64,000 nucleotides of DNA from Fimbriosthenelais zetlandica (lineage: Eukaryota), in the NCBI GenBank assembly GCA_977030845.1, contig OZ365115.1, positions 33,728,001 through 33,792,000 of the forward strand. Direction: 5' to 3'. Positions 35,401 to 46,042 of this stretch are shown here, piece by piece; positions within the stretch are counted from its first letter, which is position 1; the number at the start of each line of letters is the position of its first letter. Below the pieces are notes generated by a model. It was not told where the DNA came from. It did not search any database and saw nothing but the letters and a program-made list of their open reading frames with translations. The translations under genes were made by a program, and so were the position numbers.

Positions 35401-38400
35401 AAATCCCCTTATAAGAGCCCTATTTACCAAACAATGAAGACCACTAAAAAGTATATACATTTTAGTGAATGATGGAAGAAAACACTATTAGTTTTTCTTG
35501 GCTTAATTCTGGTACCTACCCCATATCTACCGTGAGTCTACGTGGAAGTAATGAATTAAAACAATAAATTTAAACAATTTCTTAAGCAATCTAAGTAATG
35601 TATAATTACACATTTTATTGTAAATTTGTGGCAGCGTAGGAAATGCCTAGGAAGACATCTCCAAGTGTTTCAATAACGTTTGAAAAAGGTCTCTGCATGC
35701 TCTAGCCAGATATGATAATATTGATTTTGGGATAAGTTTTATTTACCTCTTCTCTGACTCTTGCCTCAACTCTGGACATTTGTGCTTCCATCTCTTCTTC
35801 GAGTTGGCGGAGATGTTTAGCATGTTGTTCTTTGTCCCTAAACAAACAACAAAAACATAATCATTATATTTTAATCAAAACAAGGCCAATGTTGAACTTT
35901 GTAACGACCTTCAATGAGGACTGAATGTAACACTGGTGTTGTACCTTTGTCAACCATTTTTTTTCATTAATATAACTAAAAAAGTATCACAAAAGATATT
36001 TTAAAGATCTATACGTCAAGAGCTAAAAACGTTTCCTTTAATCTAACATTTTTTAAAGGTTTAAAGCGCCCAACCAACCTTTTGTAGGACCCCTCCAGTC
36101 TCTCATTTTCATACTGATGTTGTTTGATGTCCCGGATGACGGATAGAACAACGTTTTCAAACAGTGTTGTCAGATGAGGTAACTGTGCGTTATGGATGCT
36201 CTGATAGAGCTCACAGACGTGCTCCTGGCTGAAATGAGAAAGATGTAACCTCAATAAGTTCTACTGTGCCATCAAAATGCCCGACCGACAGGGCTTTACT
36301 ATTAAATTTTTCAAATGTGTACCAAATTGAGTTGCCATGTTGAGATGACCCTAAATGCAGTCAAATAACATCAATCTATACAGAACTATACAAGATTGTC
36401 TATATGATGTGAACCAGATGGTGTATTAATCAAAACAATAACATTAATGCAATGAAATTGGGCACAATGAGTCATGATAGAGTGGGTGGTATTGATATGA
36501 CAAACATCTGGACCCAATACAGTGATGTGACTTTAATCTTCCTTTAGAGATTCTCAAAAAAGGTATAAATGATATATAACCTCTTAAAGACATTTTTTCC
36601 CAGAAAGTAAAGTGGAAAGAAAAATTAATTCTGGGAATATGAATACATGCATACAGGTTTATGTGATACCCATGAATTATGTTTGCACGTAATAACTGAC
36701 TTAGAATGTAAGCAGTATCTAGAATATCCTGTTAAATATCATTCTTTGTTCAGCTGATGTCAATATTGAGTTAACACGTCAAAGGATCTTTCCATCATAA
36801 TAAGTTTCTAATATTGAGTCCCAGTTGTTTACTTTATATTTGGGTTGACTATTTGGCTTATATTCATGCATAAAGATTGATCAAATATTGCATAGTTCGG
36901 ACCAGAGACCTAATAGATCTATGCTCAGACACAATTAATAGTATCTAAGATTCTAAGTTAAATTAGTTTGATAGTTGTGTGGATTGAATGAGTCACAAAT
37001 AGACAATTAAATGAGTTACAAATAGACAAAAACAATAATATGTGCTCCAGAGATTTCACTATTTAGACTTCGTAATTTACTGAACCATTTCCACTAGCAT
37101 TATGTCATCCAGAAAGACAAGGAAACGAAGGAAGTTAGAAAAACAACAAGGATATAGCCTAGCAGTACAAGGCTATCTAAGTATCAGTTTTCAGGGCTTG
37201 TGTACCACTGTATATAAACAACAATATTTCAAGGATCCGGGAGAACCAATACTGGAAATCAGATGAATATCTCATATATTATATGCCTTGTGATTATACA
37301 TGTACCTGTACATTTTAACACAAGCGGAAATAATCTGTTAAATAAATTTAATAAAAATGTAATAATTTGATAAATTTGAGAAAAATTCTATTATCGTTCG
37401 ACACGTACGTCATTAAAATTATGGCATATTGTATTGATATAGACAGAGTAATAGTTAAAATGTAAAATATTGTTTTTAAGTACACAAATTTCTTCACTTA
37501 CAAAGATTTCTCGTGATTGCAAAACATATCCAGCAAAAGGAGATCAATTCTCAAATTTTCAGTCGTCCATTCCCCTGGGTCCGCCATGTGGGCAAAATCG
37601 TACTCCATTTCCTTATTATCTAATCTCTATATTTTCGATTTTCCAGTCAGAACTTTTCAATAACTTTTCAATAACTACTTTCCCACTGTAAGTACTGCCA
37701 AATGTGTGAAGTGTTCCTGCCAGTGCAATAAGATGATCCTAGACTGATGCTATTTATGATCTTTATAACTTTTCCTTATAATATACTTTTCCTCTCTGCT
37801 GCATATCTATCTCTCTATTTTATTATCTAGGTCTAGCAATTGGATCCCTATATACCAGTCATATCTACATGGAATCTACAGGGTGAGGGAAAATATAGAT
37901 TATTTTGATAGAGAAATGACTAAAATGACTAATTATTTTTTTGAAATCTGTCACATGATTTAAATGCACTACAACTTAGTAGAGGATTATAGGGGTATTG
38001 TCCTAATTTTAGGAGAGAAAAATGTCATGAAATTAATGATATCTTAGTAAGTTGTTTTATATTTGTGAACGACCCAGTATGCGTGTGAGTAAACCCATTC
38101 TGTCCAGGATGCTGGATGGAGTGATGGGGGATCAGAGATCCGGCACCTACAGGGTGGCTAGCAGATCTGGAGTATTTACAAATAACAAAATCCAAAATTT
38201 ATATTTATTCATACCAATATGCAATGTCTGTCCATGTCTCTCTGTCTCTCTGTCTCTCTCTCTCTCTCTTTATCTCTTTCTCTCTCTATCTCTTTCTTTC
38301 TCTATCTCTTTCTTTCTCTATCTCTTTCTGTCTCCATCTCTTTCGCTCTCTCCATCTCTCTCTCCGTTTCTCTCTCTCCCCCCACGCCCACCTATGGTAG

Positions 38401-41400
38401 GATACCCATCCTTCTCAACTCAATCCATTCCTCTCCACTACCCCACCACCCCACCACCCCACCACCCCACCACCCCACCACCCACATACAATGCCATACC
38501 ACCACTCCCCATTCACCCTCGCCAATAAACGTTCTGACCTCATCCCAACATATACATAACATGCATGTGGGAGTAGATAAGGGCCATCATTGCAAAGTAT
38601 TACAAGATAATACAAAATTACTTTACCCCTTTAGAAATTTAACAAACAAAAGTACTAGCATTTTAAATTATTTTAAGTAATCCCAATAGAAACAGGTCCA
38701 GGAAGTAGAGTGATTTTTGTCCAGATATTTAACATCTGGGAGGAAAAGTTGCTAACTGGATGGTTTATTCGCTTATCAAGGAGTTTCTGGGCGCCTTTCA
38801 GTAATGAAAAATACTGAAAAACGTCCGAGAGATTAAGTATCATCTCTGTAGAATATTTCGAAGAATAACAGAAATATGAATACATACTATATCAAAGCAT
38901 ATAGGGGCCTACCAAAGAAATAATTTGGTGCAGAGACCAAGCCTGTGTGTATGAGTGATCAAGTAGTTTTGTATATGGGAGAGTGATTTAGTCGACTCAT
39001 CGCGGTTCTTGTTTGGTAAACTGCTAGTCAATCAAAATTCCTTCCTGCTACCCCATCATGAAGGCTATATCATAGATGTATAGACTTGCCAGGCTCAAAA
39101 TAATACATCCCACAAATATTAAATCTAAAAGAATTCTTCTAAATGGGTGATCAGCAAAATCCAGCAGACTCTTAAACAGATAACTATATAACAGATATAC
39201 GTTCCTTTCCTTCAAAATGTGGATTATTTGCACATAGTATTAGGTTGTTGAACATATTTTTAAGCTTAAATACAACCTACGTCTTCCTTATGTGTTCATC
39301 CCTAAGTATACAAATAAATTATTAAAAATACATAAACTTTATAAATCAACTCTGGGAATTTATCATTTAATAATTCGTCTAAGAATTCTTCGTACCTTCC
39401 GGGAGAAATGAGGAAGTATCCCAAATCTAGCTCCCTTGTGAAGGCCTCCCAAGCGTTGCCACTGTCTAGCTCATCCCTGCTACCAGCCCGCGACGCGGGA
39501 GGCGTCTTGCGACGCGAGAAGAGCGTCGTGACGCTCGCAAACCCAGACCGGAAGTCAGCCTTGCTGATCTTACCATCTCCGTCTTTGTCAAGTTCAGAGA
39601 AAATGTCGTCGAACTCGGTATGAGTCAAATCTAAGTCGGCACAGAGTTCTTTGAATTGTTCTCTCTGTAGGAATCCAGTGTTTCGCGAGTCGCAAGCGGC
39701 GAATATTGCCTCCACTTGGTCGCCAACAGGCGGCGAAGTCATCGCGATTTATTGTCTTGTATTGGATTTTGATTCCTGATTTGGATTTTGAACAGACAAC
39801 AGTTCACTTTTGTGATTTGGGTTATACTTCCAATGAATAAGCAGTCAATATCCAGAGAAATTGGCATAAGTGCTGCCCAAAACGGCAATACAATCCACAA
39901 GAAAATGCTGCAGGATATCTCTAAATCCGTGATTGTTGCCTTTTTAAAGTTGCTTAGTTATATATTTTCCTATGCACCATCTGAGCAATTGCCAGGACAA
40001 TGTTGCATTGTCATGCACACAAGGTCATGAAATCCACAGATTCAAATTTGTTGCAGAATATATTCCCTTAAAATCAAGTAAGAAGAATTCTGAAGATGCA
40101 AAATGAATCCTGAAGTGGTTTCTCTCTCAATCACTAAATGAATCCCTTGGTTGCTAATAGAATACAACTAAGGCAATACTTTAAGTTCAATAACCCAGCA
40201 ATGAAGTCCAAACCCAATAGTTGAGCTTCAAACCATCTTGCCAAGAGATGATTATGAATTGTACTGCTCTCATCCAATCATTTGTTGTTATAAGCATAGG
40301 CAAAACAGAATAATTATCTGGTAATCTCTGACGTGTGATCTATAAAATCATTTGATTAAGTACCATCTTCTCGATGATAAACACTCGTGGGTAGACCATG
40401 AAAACGGGCGTGCCCAAAACCAGACATGGTTCCCTGTACTGTGTTTGTCAAAACAACCAATAACTCAATTGCTATGTTACACTGTTATTTCAATTCCAAG
40501 AGAACAGGTATATATACATTAAAGGAATGTAGGCCTATGCATATTTCTCTTCTTTGAAGAAGTGTTCCGCTTCCTTATAAAGTGTCACTTTTCCACAACG
40601 AAGTGTTCGTTTTCCTTACAAAGTGTTCCTATTTCTTCAAGAAGTGTTACCTTTCAGTGAAGAAGTGTTGCTCTCTTTTAAGTAAGTGTTCTGATTTTGG
40701 ATACTTGAACTTCAAGACTTTAAAGTAAGTTATCAGTAGTAACCCAATGTAGAGTGTGTAGATAATGCTATCCTGGCTAGGATGGGTTATGGTTGCATGT
40801 GTGTAGGGATCAAAGTAATATTGATGTATATCCATGGGTATAATTATAATACCTTCTGCACTGCTCCATCCAGGGCCTACACCTGTTGGGCTCCCTGCTT
40901 AGAAACTAACGAGTTATTCAATTGCTCTCCGATATTCCAGTAACTCTCAGATATGAATGAGTTATTCCGGTTATCTGATAGATAATTAACTCAAGAGTTA
41001 CTCATAGGTAAGAGTATAGTTATTCCCTTCGAGTTATTCTATTAGTAAGGTACTCTTAGACATACGTTAGTGTCCATTCGCGTTTAACACATTTAGGCTA
41101 TGCATTATTCCATTAGAGTTACATTGGTGATATCCTTTGATATCAGTGAGTTATTGCATTACAACTATCCTTTGATATCAGTGAGTTATTAGACTCCATT
41201 GGAGCTACTCTTTGAAGAGCACAACTGAACCATAGTTATCCCCTTACGAAGCTCTGCGTGTAATATCCAAAGAAATAGAGTAAAATTGAGGTGCGCTACA
41301 ATAGCAACTGATCGGGGCAAAGTAGATCACTTGTGGAAAAGTAAAAATACGGGGATAATGCTTTATTGAGTTACGTGGAACATGTACAAAGCAACAGCTG

Positions 41401-44400
41401 AACTTATATCGACGTTTATGGGACCATGAGGTGCGCTTATCATAAGGGCGGTTCTTAAATTGAGAGGGGGAGACAGTGGTGAATTTAAATCACCATTAAA
41501 TCATGTTCAAATTAAATTAAATTTTGATAATTTATAATTAAAGGCTAACCAAAGTATTCATTAACCTTATTTCCAGGTATTATTTTCTCATTTTATTTGT
41601 ATTTTGTGAAAGTAATTGATTTATTTTTTCGGTCAGGACAGCATGATCGCCCCATGAAAAATTGGGACGGGATTCAGCAGATGCCCAAGTTCATAGTTAA
41701 ATAGACTATCCTGAAAATATCAATAATCTAAACTTGCAATGTGATGCACTGACGAATATGTGTTCCCTAGACAATATATAAATGTGTATAAAACTTGATT
41801 GTGTACATATCGCCTATATTTGAAGAATTCAAGTATACAACCGAATTTATGCAGAATTATTTCATTTCTCCTCAGGGAGAAATGAAATCAAGTTTTTCAC
41901 CGCGTTTCTGTACACTATTATTATTATTATTGTTGTTGTAGTTAGACAACTTTTCAATTGGCTTAAAATCGACTTTCTAATAGAGACAGGAATCTGGTCT
42001 TTGGCACACAGGTAGAGCATGGTCAGAAGATGTCAAATGTGGCAGGATTGACTTTCATGTCATGTCATGTCATGTCATAAAATGACGTCAAACTTGCATA
42101 ACTGGAAAAATGTATTGGCTGTTTTTTTCAGAAATATTGCCAACCAAAAATCATGTCACTGGTATCAGGTAACATGTACTTGATGCCCTATCATTTGGTA
42201 CCATCATTTGACCTGTGGCCTAATTACTGTCTGTTAATTAGCTAATTAACATGAAATGCAATCACTTAAATGCTATCTACTCCTAGCCTGGTTATTCCAG
42301 GTGAATGAAAATTGCATTATGGACCCTTTAGAGGCTTCTTGTCATCATGATTAGTTTGATTTTTTAATTGACGTCATAATGACGTCATAATTGACGTCTT
42401 AACGATGTCATGGCATCTTTGGGTAAAAAATGGAAAAAATGCTTCAAACATGTGAGGGATGGTCATATATGTCCAAATATAAAATATTGTGACAATCCAT
42501 ATTTTAATAAGGGTGTTAATTAAAAAAAAAAAAAAATTTCAATATGGGAAAAAACAAAGCCAGCAGCAGGATTCGAACCCACACTTGCAACTACCATTGG
42601 ATCACAAGACCAACAGCTTATCCATTGGGCCATGGAGACGGCACACATAAGCATGGCTTGTAGCCCAGTACCAATTGATCTGTATGTGATGCATGAGTAG
42701 TAAGTAAGGGGTGGTTTGGTTCATGATATAGATTGTGAACTTTGACAGTCATTCAATTACTTGTGACTCCTATAAATTAATGGGAGTTGGGAAAGTTGGG
42801 GAAAATAAATCCTTAGATCTGGCTTGGACATTATTGGCCATAAATATCACAGATTACCATGGTTACTATTTTCAATTGGCTTAAAATCGACTTTCTACTA
42901 GAGACAGGATTCTGGTTTTGGGTACACAGGTAAGGCATGGTCAGAAGAGGTCAAATGTGGGAGGTTTGACTTTCATATCATGTCATGTCATGTCATAAAA
43001 TGATGTAAAATCAGGCATTTAACTGGGCAAATGTATTGGCCGTTTTTTCATAAATCTGGCCTTCGAAAAATCATGTCACTGGTTATTCCAGGTGAATGGC
43101 AAGTTGCATTATGGACCCTTTAGAGGCTTCTTGTCATCATGATTTTTTAATTGACGTCATAATGACATCTTAATGACGTCATGGCATCTTTTGGTAAAAA
43201 GTGGATAAAAATGCTTCAAACATGTGAGGGATGGTCAGATAAGTCCAAATATAAAATATTGTGAAAATCCATATTTTATTAAGGGTGTTCATTAAAAATA
43301 AATTTTTAAAAAAAATATGGGAAAAAAACAAGCCAACAGCAGGATTCGAACCCACACTTGCAACCACCATTGGATCTCAAGACCAAGTCATTATACCTCT
43401 AGGCTACAAGCCATGCTTGTTTGTGGAGTCTTGATGGCCGAGTGGTATTAGGTGTTGGTCTTGAGATCCAATGGTGGTTGCAAGTGTGTGTTCGAATCCT
43501 GCTGTTGGCTTGGTTTTTTCCCATATTTTTTTTTAATTTCTTTTTTAATTAACCCCCTCAATAAAATATGGATTGTCACAATGGATTGTCCAGGCAAATG
43601 ACAAGGTGCATATATGGACTCTTTAGAGGCTTCTTGTCATCATGATGTTTTCAATTTTTTAATTGACGTCATAATTCACATCATAATGACGTCATGGCAT
43701 CTTTGGGTAAAAAATGGAAAAAATGCTTCACATATGTGAGGGATGGACAAATACATCCAAATATAAAATATTGTGACAATCCATATTTTATTAAGGGTGT
43801 TAATTAAAAACAAAAAATTTAAATTATCGGCAACAAAAAAAAGCCAACAGCAGGATTCGAACCCACACTTGCAACTACCATTGGATCTCAAGACCAAGAC
43901 CTTAACCCTCTGAGCCATGCTAGACACATGCATGGCTTGTAGCCCACTGATCTATGGTGGATGAGAAGTAAGTCAGGGTGGTTTGGGCTCAAGATTTCAA
44001 TTCCATATGGTTCCACTGGTTTTCCTACCCCCATTAACATGACCACAAGTGAAATGAAATATCTGTAATTGCAGCAATTACATGATGACTAGTTCAAAAT
44101 GTTTTGCAGTAATGTATACCAGTCTTATCTTCTTTTCTATGAGATATTTGATTTCAAAATTGAATAAAATTGTATTAATTAAATTTCATTTAATAATATT
44201 TTCTTAATTAAAATTAAATTACTAAAAATGTATTATATTTCAAGTGTATAAATTACTTATCAAAGGTATGTTTTCATGGAAGTATCCCAATGTATTTAGA
44301 CTCCATTACTCAGTTCTTTTATGGTCAATTATAATTAATTCAATTGATTTGAGTATGCACGTCCAGATGTGATAATAATTAGTATGAGTATATAGGGTGG

Positions 44401-46042
44401 GATATATATTTTATATAATATGCTGGGATGGTAGAATGATACATTATGACGCAGGTATCACGTGTGAAAGGTGCCACCAACAACACCTGGTGTTCCCTAT
44501 CAGTGTTTCTCATTTGAATAATAAAGATTTTCACAATGATCATACAAATCTGTATGTCAGTTTTATGTCGAAAGAATTGTTATTTTGAAACAAAACTGTT
44601 GTAAAAAAAATCTAGAGAATACTTTTTATGCAATTTCAAAATAATCCCTCCATCTATCCGTTCATGTTCAACGGATACATATGGTACAAATACGAACTAC
44701 CCCATGATATATAAACGCATAATGAATTTTTTTTTAAATCCTATTGATGCTGACTCATCATAAATACAGATCCTCTTGACTTTAAATGTCTAAGTTTTAA
44801 ACTACCATAGCTATAAATCCCTCCATCAGAATCCGCCCCCATCCCCGTTAGTTAGGTTAGGACAGGTGGGGATTATGAGCTATGTAGATCTGCTGGTATA
44901 CAAACCACGTCATATGTCATAGTATGTGAGGTGATGCGGAGCCGCTCCAATAGCTCCAAAATACAGTGAAACTTCAATAAAACGACCATATGATACGATC
45001 ATGAGTTAGTAGTTCTACTATTGAGATTGTGATTGTAAAAACCATTTTTCAGTTATCTAGTCACAGTGAATACTTGTAAAAGTGGCTCCCTCGCTTGGTA
45101 CTCGGCAATAAGAGGACAGTACTATGACTGGCCAACCCGGTGTCAGATATGTGTAGGTAGTCGCTGTAATGACTTGGCGGTTTTGTGAAAGTTCACTGTA
45201 CATGTTATAGGTCAGCGCAGGTGTGGGAATATGTGTGGGAGAGTATAGGAGTGTATTCCATAAAAATATCAATTAAAACAATGTATTTAGGCTACTCAAA
45301 CCCGGCAGATCGTCTGAGGTGGGAATTTAACACGTGTGTCCATTGGTTGGTTCAAAATCTTCCCTTCTATATGGGTCTAAACATTGAAACTGCTGCATTT
45401 AAAAAAACCTAATTTTTGTCAGTTTCAATAGATCTATAGGCCTAGGCCTAAGCGAAGAGTCTATAGTAGCCTACAATGTCTCCGCCAAAACCAATTCATT
45501 AGGCCTATTAGACCTTTTTGGTGCTCTGAATCTTTTCCTGACCGTTTCAGTCTCAGACGATTTTGGCTACATAAAGTAATTTTATATAGGTCTAAATCAT
45601 GGAAAGCTACTTACCAATTTAAAGCTTTGAATCCGTCATCAACAGAGAGTATAAAGTCTTTAATCTTTCTCTTTTCATCATCACTTCCTTCATCTATAGT
45701 TTCATGGTACTCCACTGCCCCCAAGCGGTCACTCCCGTCACTACAAGCACTGCTCGTAAAGCGGCCTCGTTTCCGACTAAATCTCGTGGGCGCCGAGAGT
45801 TGCTCCGTGAACTCTCTAAAACCGTCAGAGAACTCAGAAATTGATATCCTGCCATCTCTGTCTCTGTCTAATTCTTTAAAAACGTCGGCCACTTCGTCAG
45901 CGGATAAATCCGAACAAAACGAGGCCAGTTCGTGCTCATCTATGTATCCTGAGCCATCGAGGTCACAAGCGGAGAAAAGTTCGCCTAACCTGAAGGGAGA
46001 GGAGGTCTGGAAGGAACTCCTCACAGGAGAGGCAGATGCCAT
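29448..46042 (-). CDS. RASEF: RAS and EF-hand domain-containing protein (Rab45); two alternative first coding exons plus 16 shared exons; ~784 or ~757 aa
   Basis: Shared exons 36228-36079, 35837-35747, 35099-35004, 34759-34575, 34348-34280, 34133-34043, 33286-33204, 32818-32700, 32322-32174, 31443-31192, 31025-30896, 30702-30621, 30409-30295, 30043-29912, 29798-29722, 29553-29448 (1927 nt, phases consistent). Coiled coil, then a Rab domain: [41 protein letters not shown]-terminal GCCNT prenylation motif. Confidence 0.93.
34777..34946. repeat. 72-bp tandem repeat, ~2.3 copies, in a RASEF intron
   Basis: CAAAT(G/A)AGTACTCTAGCAATT at 34777, 34849 and 34921. Confidence 0.9.
38235..38485. repeat. 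CT microsatellite followed by a CCACCACC(C) repeat
   Basis: (CT)n-like tract to ~38380; ccaccaccc units at 38443-38485. Confidence 0.85.
39396..39742 (-). CDS. RASEF: RASEF proximal alternative first coding exon (EF-hand pair B)
   Basis: [45 protein letters not shown]; 347 nt ending AG|GTACGA, phase 2. Confidence 0.88.
40555..40700. repeat. Degenerate ~20-bp minisatellite with an AAGTGTT core
   Basis: About seven AAGTGT(T/C) cores separated by pyrimidine-rich linkers. Confidence 0.75.
42559..42639 (-). pseudogene. tRNA-Ser-like unit 1
   Basis: Reverse complement GTCTCCATGGCCCAATGGATAAGCTGTTGGTCTTGTGATCCAATGGTAGTTGCAAGTGTGGGTTCGAATCCTGCTGCTGGC: B-box intact, followed by a T-run. Confidence 0.6.
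43332..43412 (-). pseudogene. tRNA-Ser(UGA)-like unit 2
   Basis: Reverse complement GGCTTGTAGCCTAGAGGTATAATGACTTGGTCTTGAGATCCAATGG..GGTTCGAATCCTGCTGTTGGC, followed by a T-run. Confidence 0.6.
43428..43509 (+). pseudogene. tRNA-Ser(UGA)-like unit 3
   Basis: GTCTTGATGGCCGAGTGGTATTAGGTGTTGGTCTTGAGATCCAATGG..GTTCGAATCCTGCTGTTGGC: A-box TGGCCGAGTGG, anticodon arm TTGGT-CTTGAGA-TCCAA, long variable arm. The acceptor stem does not pair. Confidence 0.65.
43843..43925 (-). pseudogene. tRNA-Ser(UGA)-like unit 4
   Basis: Reverse complement GTCTAGCATGGCTCAGAGGGTTAAGGTCTTGGTCTTGAGATCCAATGG..GGTTCGAATCCTGCTGTTGGC, followed by T9. Confidence 0.6.
45615..46042 (-). CDS. RASEF: RASEF distal alternative first coding exon (EF-hand pair A)
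   Basis: [42 protein letters not shown]; 428 nt ending TG|GTAAGT, phase 2; in-frame TAA upstream of the ATG. Confidence 0.88.

Larger units (their letters stand above)
41948..43990. mobile_element. Composite repeat array: ~0.9-kb unit duplicated plus a third partial copy, containing tRNA-derived palindromic modules
   Basis: The block TTTTCAATTGGCTTAAAATCGACTTTCTA..CATGTCACTGGT occurs at ~41951 and ~42870. The block TTTAGAGGCTTCTTGTCATCATGAT..GGATTCGAACCCACACTTGCAAC occurs at ~42326, ~43119 and ~43622. Inverted repeat at 43258-43582. Confidence 0.75.

Noticed and set aside
40555-40700. CRISPR-like repeat-spacer array
   Set aside because: Eukaryotic context, 7-bp degenerate cores, linkers similar to each other, and no cas genes.
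42559-43925. Functional tRNA genes or tRNA-Sec
   Set aside because: Acceptor stems do not pair and the anticodon stem has a T-T mismatch. The anticodon is TGA (Ser; TGT in unit 1), not TCA.
39742-45615. RASEF exons A and B spliced in series to give a four-EF-hand protein
   Set aside because: The only frame-compatible AG I found just upstream of the exon B ATG (AAATCAG|G, 34 nt before it) lacks a pyrimidine tract and runs into an in-frame TAA.
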